Shown: positions 55,936 to 64,000 of the stretch, in pieces
Layout: each line of letters begins with the position of its first letter
How positions within the stretch are numbered: the stretch's first letter is position 1
IMG/VR virus record: IMGVR_UViG_3300012665_001179
Length of the DNA: 64,000 nt
Strand: one strand, 5' to 3'
Origin: an uncultured virus (IMG/VR IMGVR_UViG_3300012665_001179)
Taxonomy: Duplodnaviria > Heunggongvirae > Uroviricota > Caudoviricetes
Program-made: the position numbers and the translations under genes
The notes under the pieces: generated by a model
Database searches by the model: none
Seen by the model: only the letters and a program-made list of their open reading frames with translations
Told to the model about the DNA's origin: nothing

Positions 55936-58900
55936 TTAATAACCTATAGGATAAGACTGATACATTTCATTGGTAAGATTTGCGGTATATCTAGCGCCTT
56001 TAGTTATACGAAAATCCTGTACATAACCATAATAAGGTGTTCCTACAGAGGATGAAGCACCAATTTGATTTAAGTTTGCAAGATGTGTGTTTGCATCTAA
56101 AAAAGTTCCGCCAGACCTTGAACCGTCCAAATATATAGTAACAAGATTATTGTATCTTTCAACGGCAACATGAACCCACGTATTACTTGTGATTGGAGCC
56201 GTACTAATTCTATCGGCATTATTTAAATAATATCTAACGTTATTTGTCGTAGTTAAATAAATTAATGGACTGTTTTGTATGGTGGCACTTCTTTGGTCGT
56301 AAATTGTTTGTTGTGTTGCACCAAGAACTCTATTAACCCAAAACTCAATACACCAATCTCCATTATAGAAATTTTCTGTCTCAGATCGAGCTGATGCGCC
56401 TGTTGTTCCTGCTCCTATGGACAAATAATCACCTGTTCCGTCAAAGAATATAGCTGTATTAGTATATCTGTTTCTGTAAACACTATATGTTCCACCAAGT
56501 CTTGATGGTGCTGGCCAAACTTTAACATCGCCATGAGTTTGAATATTATGTTTAGTGGTATAATCAATAATACCACCAGTATCAAAATTCATCAACAATA
56601 CAGTGTTAGCTGTCCTTGTTACAGGAGCTGTAGGTGGTGTTGTATTGGCAGTATAAATTGCATCGCCTTTAACTATACGTAAATTAGAATAATAACCGAA
56701 CATAGTAGCATTATTAAATGCACCTATCGATAATGGTGTTGTAGCTACTGTTGCAGTTGGTGTACCAGATATTGCTACGGCAGGATCAGCCACACCATTA
56801 ACCCATACTCTTATACCAGAACTTGTAATTGTAACGGCTAAATGATTCCATTCTGCAAATTTTACAATTTGTGAAGAAATTACGAATTGTGATGTACCAT
56901 TATTGTATTGAAATACTACTGCGCCTGAGGCTCTTAAACCAAAAGACCAGTATGTGGTTGCTGTAGCGATTGCTTGACAACCTATTATATGAGGCACAGT
57001 TGTAGTTACTGGTAAAGAAGTGGCGTAAAACCAAAGTTCTATTGTATAAGGAACTACTACACCACTACCAGTATTCCACCAATCAAATAATTCTTTATTA
57101 TAAGGAATAGTAAAATAATTTCCTGAATCTTGAGCAAACCAACTTGCACCATGTAGATGTGGTTGATATACAGCAGAACCTTTAAATGGACTAAAAGGTA
57201 CAATTTTAGTATTATCACCAACTCTTGTTATACTGAAATTATTATTACTTTTATCTCTAAAACGATTATCAGCAAGAGTTAACAGTTTAGTATTAGCTTC
57301 TACGGTTAATGGTGATGATGGTGGTGTGAAAACTGTTGTTCCGGATATGGTTTGTGTAGTTTGATATAATTCAGGAACAGAATTAATAGTCACTCTAAAA
57401 TTACTAATCCAACCCGCCCAAGGTTGATTTACTACTTGAGTATCACCCCCAATATATAAAGGTGATACTTGCGGTGTGATTGTTGTAGAAACGTTTGAGT
57501 GAGCTCTCAAAATACCATTTACAAAACCACGGAAAGTATTACCAGTTCGTGTAATGGCAATATGACTCCAAGTGTTGAGTGATGCCGCATATTGACCTAT
57601 AGATATATTTGTATTTGCCACCCAAAGTACCATTGAGGATAGACCCATACGCATATAATATGTGTCTGTACTAGTTTTGGGATTTCCTATACCACTATAA
57701 CTCCATATGGTTGAAAATCCATTTTGTTCGCCCCTAGGAAACATCCAAAATTCAACACAATGATCGTAATTTGATAATGTTAAATTTGTATTAGCATTTA
57801 CTTGAATATAATCCGGTGTTGTAAGTGAACCGTCAAAATAACCAGAATAACTATAAGGACTAAACGGACTAAAAGAACCAACGCCACCGTTTTGTGACGT
57901 AGGATAAGTTGTTAATGCTGCTGTTTTGGAAATATCAACTAGTCTCTTGTTATTTTCACCATCATGTGTTTGCATCGTCAATAAAACTGTATTAGCTATT
58001 AAATTGGCTGGTGCAGTTGGTCGTGTTGTATTTGCAGTCCATAGTGCAGTGCCTTTTATCACTCGAAGGCCATGTAAATACCCATTCATTAGACTACCAA
58101 AACCTTGGCCGGTACCACCTATAACGGGTCTATTAGGTTTTGTGACAAAAGATACAACAGCAGTTGATGTAGCACCAGTCCGTAATCCATTCAGAAAAAG
58201 TCTTAGATTATTATTATTACGAGAAAGCAACAAATGGTTCCAAGTATTACGTGGCATCTGTCCACCACTAATTAAAGTTGTACCATTATTTGTAGATACT
58301 ACAAGCGCACCTGTAGTTGTATTTTGGCCAATTCGAAGAGTTCCAGTACCCGTAGCATCAGATAAAGCATTCGAGTCATAATAAAAGGATCCTTGTGAAT
58401 AATCTCCTGTGTAATACACCCAACATTCCCAAGTAAAATCACCAGTTAAAAATTCAAAATCAGTACTATTACCAGGATCTGCTAATATGTAATCACCTGA
58501 TTGATCGAAGAAAGTTGATCCTAGTCTTGCTGTATTATTGTATGCAGTATTATCACCATGTGGTGAGTAAGGACGTGCAGCAACATCATTGAGTCTTGTT
58601 ATAGTAAAATTTTTATCACTACGATCAATGAGATAATTATCTTGAAGTGTTAATAATACTGTGTTTACATCTTTTTGTAACTTTGATGTTGGTCGTGTGA
58701 ATGGAACACTATAAGCAGATACGCCACGTTGAACTCTAACGTCAGATATAAGTGAAGCATTAATCACACCAGTTGCAGTTGCCACTCCAATACCGAATAC
58801 TGCTGTATTTCTAGGTATTGTTCCTGCTACGGTAACACTTCCTCCCGAAACGCCATTAACATAAAGTGTCCATGTATTACCAACACGAGTACATGCAAGA

Positions 58901-59988
58901 TGATTCCATTGACCTAATGTTAGGTTAATACTTGATGTTATCGAAACACCGAAAGTGCTGCCATCAACGGTTGCTTGAAATTGTGGAGCTAATGATGCAG
59001 TAAAACCTAGTCTAAACCCAGCATTTGTAGAACTGCTTGCTCGTTTAGATAATATATCTGTAGTTCCAGCACCAGGTGTTGTTGCTGTTAAGAACCAACA
59101 TTCAACTGAAAAATCTAAATTCAAAAAGTTTAAGAAATCACTATCCGGAACAGTCAAATAATCGCTAGTGCCATCAAAAAAGTAACTCCAATTATCACCA
59201 AAAGGATGAAATGATGATGGACGAGTGTCACCGAAAGGTTTGAATGAGTGTCTGCTTGGTGATAGATCACTAGAAAAATTAGGTCTTTCCATGCCTACAA
59301 CATGCATACTGGTCTTAAAGTAATTGCTGTCGCCTGAATTAACTTCATCAATAAAATATTGAACGGTGTTTTGATTTTCTAGGTCTTTAACATCAATATA
59401 CATGTTCGTAGAAGAACCGGAAGTATTAGGTATTCCGTAATAATAACCATTAGCCAATAAAGTTGTATTAGCGGGTATAGTACTACCATTTGCAACTGAA
59501 TATATTAATGTATTTGATAGTGGTGATGATGAAAAATTGTATTCAAAAGGATAGTTTATTATTTTAGGTTTTAAAATTAAACTACCAAAATTTGGCCAAA
59601 CAGGAAAATCACTGTATTGTATGCCATTGATACGTACAGCAGTAGCACCATCTCCGTTTTGAACATATAAATTATAAAAACCAGTTGGTTTTGGTGGTAT
59701 TAAGGCTCTTAATTGTGTTGATGAAACATATGTTGTAGAGTTTGCCTGAGTATATGTTAATGTAGTGTTTGTATTACCAACAATAACTATAGATGAGGTA
59801 TCAAATCCTGATCCTGTAATGACAATATAAGTACCTACACCGGTAGAACCGGTATTAGCAGCAGTGTCATCTAAAACATTATAAGATGAATCTGTTATCT
59901 GTACAGTTTGAATTCTAGGACCAGCAAGACCAAATTGAGCTAGTGTAGAATCTTCGATGTTAAATTCTTTAATTAAAGGTGTTGTCAT
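55936..59988 (-). CDS. large fibre/adhesin with IPT/TIG and about five LamG/ConA-like domains
   Basis: Repeated FDG.GDY, DF/WT.E.W, WNH(L/I)A, NTVLL motifs. Confidence 0.85.
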   Translation of the reverse strand: MTTPLIKEFNIEDSTLAQFGLAGPRIQTVQITDSSYNVLDDTAANTGSTGVGTYIVITGSGFDTSSIVIVGNTNTTLTYTQANSTTYVSSTQLRALIPPKPTGFYNLYVQNGDGATAVRINGIQYSDFPVWPNFGSLILKPKIINYPFEYNFSSSPLSNTLIYSVANGSTIPANTTLLANGYYYGIPNTSGSSTNMYIDVKDLENQNTVQYFIDEVNSGDSNYFKTSMHVVGMERPNFSSDLSPSRHSFKPFGDTRPSSFHPFGDNWSYFFDGTSDYLTVPDSDFLNFLNLDFSVECWFLTATTPGAGTTDILSKRASSSTNAGFRLGFTASLAPQFQATVDGSTFGVSITSSINLTLGQWNHLACTRVGNTWTLYVNGVSGGSVTVAGTIPRNTAVFGIGVATATGVINASLISDVRVQRGVSAYSVPFTRPTSKLQKDVNTVLLTLQDNYLIDRSDKNFTITRLNDVAARPYSPHGDNTAYNNTARLGSTFFDQSGDYILADPGNSTDFEFLTGDFTWECWVYYTGDYSQGSFYYDSNALSDATGTGTLRIGQNTTTGALVVSTNNGTTLISGGQMPRNTWNHLLLSRNNNNLRLFLNGLRTGATSTAVVSFVTKPNRPVIGGTGQGFGSLMNGYLHGLRVIKGTALWTANTTRPTAPANLIANTVLLTMQTHDGENNKRLVDISKTAALTTYPTSQNGGVGSFSPFSPYSYSGYFDGSLTTPDYIQVNANTNLTLSNYDHCVEFWMFPRGEQNGFSTIWSYSGIGNPKTSTDTYYMRMGLSSMVLWVANTNISIGQYAASLNTWSHIAITRTGNTFRGFVNGILRAHSNVSTTITPQVSPLYIGGDTQVVNQPWAGWISNFRVTINSVPELYQTTQTISGTTVFTPPSSPLTVEANTKLLTLADNRFRDKSNNNFSITRVGDNTKIVPFSPFKGSAVYQPHLHGASWFAQDSGNYFTIPYNKELFDWWNTGSGVVVPYTIELWFYATSLPVTTTVPHIIGCQAIATATTYWSFGLRASGAVVFQYNNGTSQFVISSQIVKFAEWNHLAVTITSSGIRVWVNGVADPAVAISGTPTATVATTPLSIGAFNNATMFGYYSNLRIVKGDAIYTANTTPPTAPVTRTANTVLLMNFDTGGIIDYTTKHNIQTHGDVKVWPAPSRLGGTYSVYRNRYTNTAIFFDGTGDYLSIGAGTTGASARSETENFYNGDWCIEFWVNRVLGATQQTIYDQRSATIQNSPLIYLTTTNNVRYYLNNADRISTAPITSNTWVHVAVERYNNLVTIYLDGSRSGGTFLDANTHLANLNQIGASSSVGTPYYGYVQDFRITKGARYTANLTNEMYQSYPIGY

Positions 59989-59992
59989 TATT

Positions 59993-60355
59993 TTATGCGT
60001 ATGTTAAACTTCTAATCCTACTAGCATAAGATCCATCGGTCTTTACAACAAGTATAGTATAATTTCCGGCACTTTTGGCAGGAACAGTTACACGTAATTC
60101 TTCAGTACTCTGCACAGTTACAAGTGTTGCTGGTGTGTTATCAATATAAACTAACATCGGAGATTGAAAATTATCTCCTAATATTTTAATATAACCACCA
60201 CTGGTCGATACTTGATTTGGTGTTAAATTAGCAAAAGAACCATCTGTAGCATAAACAGAATAAAATTTTGGCGGAAATGTTGATCTATTAGCATTATATC
60301 CTAATTTTTCTAATGCTTCATCATCAATATTCGCTGCTGATATTTTTTGTGTCAT
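59993..60355 (-). CDS. stand-alone IPT/TIG fibre-anchor protein
   Basis: GGYIKILGDNF, ELRVTVPAKSAGNY. Confidence 0.7.
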   Translation of the reverse strand: MTQKISAANIDDEALEKLGYNANRSTFPPKFYSVYATDGSFANLTPNQVSTSGGYIKILGDNFQSPMLVYIDNTPATLVTVQSTEELRVTVPAKSAGNYTILVVKTDGSYASRIRSLTYA

Positions 60356-60612
60356 TTGTTAACTTCATCGAAAATTTTCTTCTGTTCAACATACCATTCT
60401 TGCCATGCTTGCAGTTTAATACGAATCTCATAGTAAGATTGACTATTATCTGCGGTGTTCTTAATTATATCACTAATGTTCTTAGTGTCTTCGGGAACTT
60501 TATTTAGATCAGGTGCAGTCTGCATTAACTCTGGTGGTACTTGTGGAAACTTTTGTTTAACAGGTACAGAAACAGAACAACCGGCGAGTAATAAGATTAA
60601 AAGATATTTCAT
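60352..60612 (-). CDS. o-spanin (Rz1-like lipoprotein)
   Basis: LLLAGC lipobox, FP.VP.ELM, LQAWQEWY. Confidence 0.75.
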   Translation of the reverse strand: MKYLLILLLAGCSVSVPVKQKFPQVPPELMQTAPDLNKVPEDTKNISDIIKNTADNSQSYYEIRIKLQAWQEWYVEQKKIFDEVNK

Positions 60613-61049
60613 TTTTGAGCCTCTAATGCCTTATTGTAAAACTTAATGGCTTCTGGCGTGAGAGAACAATCTTTATCTATAACTTCTTTCTGTATTTCAA
60701 TTTCTTTCTTAACTACATCAATGTATTCTTTCTGTAGTTTAACTTTAGTTACAATCTTCTCTCTGATAACTGTATTCACCTTAGCAGACTTTTCTTCTGC
60801 AATGGCAATCTTGGCCTCTAGTTCTTTAACACGAGCCTGCCATTTCTTTTCAACAGCAATACCACCAAAGAAATAGATGGCGCCAACCAACATTAGAATG
60901 CAAATGATTCTAATTGGTAATAAGTATTTACCAATGACTGGTATCTTGGATAGGAAATAAGTTGCGATTGTGCCAAAGAATCCTAGAACTAGGAATGTAT
61001 TAGCAAGTGCAAGAAAAACCGAATCTGGTAAAAAATTAAGCAACCACAC
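60609..61049 (-). CDS. i-spanin (Rz-like)
   Basis: N-terminal TMs plus periplasmic coiled coil with Cys; overlaps o-spanin start. Confidence 0.7.
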   Translation of the reverse strand: MWLLNFLPDSVFLALANTFLVLGFFGTIATYFLSKIPVIGKYLLPIRIICILMLVGAIYFFGGIAVEKKWQARVKELEAKIAIAEEKSAKVNTVIREKIVTKVKLQKEYIDVVKKEIEIQKEVIDKDCSLTPEAIKFYNKALEAQK

Positions 61050-61251
61050 CTTTGCGCCTCATGTATGTAATAAATGGATAAAGTTTTTTCTTCTTAACTC
61101 CAGGTTCACCATCTTTACCTACACCGGCACCTGCTATATTTCCACCACTGATATTGTTTGTGGGAATTTCTTCTTGTTGTATTGGCTTGCAGACTTTATC
61201 GGTACTACACCAATAATATCCAACACCACATTCTTTTTTGAATTCGTTCAT
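61036..61251 (-). CDS. small T4-like hypothetical protein
   Basis: CG.GYYWC...CKPI, EE.PTNN...G.IAG. Confidence 0.6.
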   Translation of the reverse strand: MNEFKKECGVGYYWCSTDKVCKPIQQEEIPTNNISGGNIAGAGVGKDGEPGVKKKKLYPFITYMRRKGVVA

Positions 61252-61640
61252 TTTATCTGCCTTAGAGTATCTGCGATTTTCATGTCTATAGATATATCGG
61301 AAGAGATTATGTCTTGTCCTTTAATACCTCTGACTCGTTCCGGCATACAACTCAAAAACAACAAATATGTTTTTAAGATATCGTAATCTTCTTTAGGAAC
61401 TTTAAAAAATAATAATCTAGTAGTAACTTCAACACCAAAAACATTATTCAAAATAATGAGATGATTAAGAACTAATTGTTCCCTCATCTCATCATATTTT
61501 TTGTACCGCTTAAAGAGTTTTTTAAGATAATTAAACCTTTTCATATCTTCTTTAAATTCACTCATTATGCAGTTTGGCTTATCGTAAGCTTTAACTGCAT
61601 AGAGTGTCACGTTCTCATTGGTCAAATTATCGAAATACAT
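61248..61640 (-). CDS. conserved T4-like hypothetical protein
   Basis: YDKPNC..SEF.ED.KRF.YLK, LNHLIIL.NVFG, LKTYL.FL. Confidence 0.75.
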   Translation of the reverse strand: MYFDNLTNENVTLYAVKAYDKPNCIMSEFKEDMKRFNYLKKLFKRYKKYDEMREQLVLNHLIILNNVFGVEVTTRLLFFKVPKEDYDILKTYLLFLSCMPERVRGIKGQDIISSDISIDMKIADTLRQIK

Positions 61641-62032
61641 TAATCCTCGTCTTCATCCTCCGATACGAGGGAATTAATAGTATCTTCATCGCCAACTTGT
61701 GCATAGAAGTCATAATATCCTTCATCGGTAATATAATATATCACGTACAAATATATGATATGGTCTTCATTATCATATTGTTTTAAATCGAAAGTGATTT
61801 CATCACCTTCTTGGTCGAAATCATACATGACAGGCATATCTAGTCCGAAACGATAAAGACATTTTCGAATCTTTTGTATGCCTGCATGTACATCCATTAT
61901 TAAACCATCAGATAATTCTCGGTTTAATAATGAATTAATTTCTCCAACGACCATTGGATTATCAATCGAAGAGGATGCACGTTGAGTCGGCTCATGTGCA
62001 TCATGAGCCTGACCTGTAATAATATTAGACAT
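61640..62032 (-). CDS. acidic hypothetical protein
   Basis: Coupled ORF. Confidence 0.6.
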   Translation of the reverse strand: MSNIITGQAHDAHEPTQRASSSIDNPMVVGEINSLLNRELSDGLIMDVHAGIQKIRKCLYRFGLDMPVMYDFDQEGDEITFDLKQYDNEDHIIYLYVIYYITDEGYYDFYAQVGDEDTINSLVSEDEDED

Positions 62033-62832
62033 TAGTTGAGCTGTTCGTCATCAGCACCATCGCTAGTCATAGAACGCATTGGAACTAAAGTTTCATACGT
62101 TACACGACCTGCACGACCACCGGTACCTTCTTCACGTAAATTCCAACCTGGTGTTACTCCGCCTTTACGACCTTCAGCGCCAGTTAAAGCAATGCTTACT
62201 TGAGTACCAACACCACCTGTACCACCAACTACAACAGCAGCAGTATTTGATTGATAACCTTCACCAGCAGCAGTCAATCTAGCATTTAATAGACTAAATG
62301 TTAAACTTGCTGTGAAACCTGTACCGCTACCAGTATTAGATGTGAATGGATTGTTAGTAACTGTAGGTAATACTGTGTAATCACCAGCAGTTGAAATTGA
62401 AACGCCAGTTACATTACCATTAGCATTTACAGAGGTAACTGTAAGAACTGCGGAAGTTCCTGTACCGCCAGTAGCTGTGAAGGTATTACCTACACGATAA
62501 CCACTACCATTTGCTGTAATTGCTGTGCCAGTTACACTAGCATTTGTAGCTACAGTTGCTTGTGAAGTATTTGCACCAGTAATAGTAACTGTTGGTAATG
62601 CTGTGAAGCCAGAACCACCTGAAGTTACTGTAACAGATGAGATATTACCAGTAGTTACACCAGTAATTTCATCGGTAGAAATACCGAATAAACCTACTTT
62701 TAGATTTGGAACGAATGCACTTGTTGTAGTGTTAGCATACAACGTTTGACCGTTTGCAGAGACTCCTAGTCCACCAGCGACTGGTATGTTAGGCGCTGTT
62801 GCACTGGAATCTGTACTTTTATATAAAGACAT
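62032..62832 (-). CDS. virion structural protein, Thr/Gly-rich
   Basis: GSGF/GSGY repeats; PGW....GTGGRAGRV.YETLV; TATAAATA at 62860-62867. Confidence 0.7.
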   Translation of the reverse strand: MSLYKSTDSSATAPNIPVAGGLGVSANGQTLYANTTTSAFVPNLKVGLFGISTDEITGVTTGNISSVTVTSGGSGFTALPTVTITGANTSQATVATNASVTGTAITANGSGYRVGNTFTATGGTGTSAVLTVTSVNANGNVTGVSISTAGDYTVLPTVTNNPFTSNTGSGTGFTASLTFSLLNARLTAAGEGYQSNTAAVVVGGTGGVGTQVSIALTGAEGRKGGVTPGWNLREEGTGGRAGRVTYETLVPMRSMTSDGADDEQLN

Positions 62833-62862
62833 CTTTTTCTCCTAATGAGTTATTGTTATTAT

Positions 62863-64000
62863 TTATACGTTATCTACCTTTTGTACCTGAGAGTTTAGTT
62901 CAGGTTCAGGTTCAAATTTGTCATTACCTTTGTTCTTTTCTTTTGCTTTCTTAACTGCTTCACGTACAATTTGTGCTTTACGTGACTCTTGTATTTGCAC
63001 TGATTCAGGTACGCAATTTGGAACTTGTCTGCCACCTTTATTTTTCATGCCTTTCATACGATAACCTGTCCAGCATGCTTCATCCATTTCCTCTGTAGAT
63101 TCAGAAACTTTAGCAGTTTGCTTCTTCATAGCATTTCTAGCTAAATCACGAGCACGGGACATTGGTGTATGTTTTGCACCTGACTTATCTGTTACAGTTC
63201 CGCCTGTAGATTTTTTGTAAGGAGGATCAAAAGGTGGTGAGTATTTTTGTTTCAAATACTTGTCAACTTTACGATCATATTCATCTTTAGGTTTCTTAGC
63301 AACAGGAGTGGCATTTGGAGAAGGAACAAATGAATTAACTGCTTCATCGATCTCACTCATCATATAGTTGGCAACTGTCGAAATGTAATCTTCAGCAAGA
63401 GTGATCTTAGATTGAACCCACTCAGGAAGATTATCATTATCTTCCAACATGTCATGCACTCTTTGAGCATTGTTGATAATACTTTGTAATTGACCACGAG
63501 CCATATCGCCTTCGTAATCATACTCTGTTTTTTCTTTTGCTTCATTCAAACCATATTTCTTCTTGTACCAATCTGGAGTACCAGACTTTTTACGGAAATA
63601 ACGTACAGTTGCCGAATCATTTGCTTGGTCACGATATTTGTTTTCTGCTGTTGTATTGTGACCTTTCATTGCTTCTGCTGCCTTGTGTGCATCTTTAGCA
63701 ATGTATTCTAATTCAGCATTAGTCTTTTTATGGTACTCATGGCCTTCTAATGGATGACGTTGTGATGCACGACCTTCGTCTAGATGTTCAGATTCCTCTG
63801 AAACTGATTTCCATCCACCACCCATAGATTTATATTTTTTAGCTGCCCAACCATTAGCATATGCTGAAGGGTAAACATCAAACTTTGCTTTTGCTTGTGC
63901 TTTGGCTTGTGCCCATTTTTCAGGACTTGTAGGTACGTTTTTCTCTTCTAAGTTTTCCATATCTTCACTTATCTTTCCTTTTCCAAAATTGGAAACGTTG
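62863..64000 (-). CDS. modular basic protein, candidate processed head polyprotein; partial (frame open to right edge)
   Basis: Frame continues upstream of 63960 (NVSNFGKGKISED-MENLEE); modules separated by hydrophobic-x-E sites. Confidence 0.65.
   Translation of the reverse strand, partial: NVSNFGKGKISEDMENLEEKNVPTSPEKWAQAKAQAKAKFDVYPSAYANGWAAKKYKSMGGGWKSVSEESEHLDEGRASQRHPLEGHEYHKKTNAELEYIAKDAHKAAEAMKGHNTTAENKYRDQANDSATVRYFRKKSGTPDWYKKKYGLNEAKEKTEYDYEGDMARGQLQSIINNAQRVHDMLEDNDNLPEWVQSKITLAEDYISTVANYMMSEIDEAVNSFVPSPNATPVAKKPKDEYDRKVDKYLKQKYSPPFDPPYKKSTGGTVTDKSGAKHTPMSRARDLARNAMKKQTAKVSESTEEMDEACWTGYRMKGMKNKGGRQVPNCVPESVQIQESRKAQIVREAVKKAKEKNKGNDKFEPEPELNSQVQKVDNV

Noticed and set aside
1..64000. 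Stop-codon reassignment
   Set aside because: Core genes are intact in the standard code, all three stops are used, and no suppressor tRNA is seen

Overview
This 64 kb window is an AT-rich segment of a large T4-like myovirus genome, similar in organisation to uncultured aquatic T4-like phages. A Gram-negative, probably betaproteobacterial host is inferred from the spanins, the tmRNA tag ANDESYALAA and the rubrerythrin type. From left to right it contains: a baseplate/tail module (gp5-like, gp27-like, gp53, gp48, gp4, gp2, gp54, gp26/gp51, tape-measure-like M23 protein); replication and late-transcription genes (gp32, gp59, gp33, dsbA, rnh); auxiliary genes (SleB, rubrerythrin, PhoH, ClpP, GalE, glycosyltransferases); three tRNAs; a long early region of small ORFs under repeated sigma70-type promoter cassettes; nucleotide metabolism genes (nrdA, nrdB, thioredoxin, thyX) and primase; and lysis and fibre genes. 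The most notable observations are: (1) a circularly permuted two-piece tmRNA whose excised intervening segment carries an SD-preceded 15-codon mini-ORF, in a genome that also encodes ClpP; (2) a probable -1 programmed frameshift fusing gp26 to gp51 just before the tape-measure-like gene; (3) an unnamed ~155-nt structured RNA with its own promoter; (4) a porin/PlcP-like phospholipase C/glycosyltransferase/secreted nuclease cluster suggesting phosphorus scavenging by lipid remodelling; (5) a modular head polyprotein punctuated by prohead-protease-like sites. All calls come from reading motifs by eye; no database searches were run.
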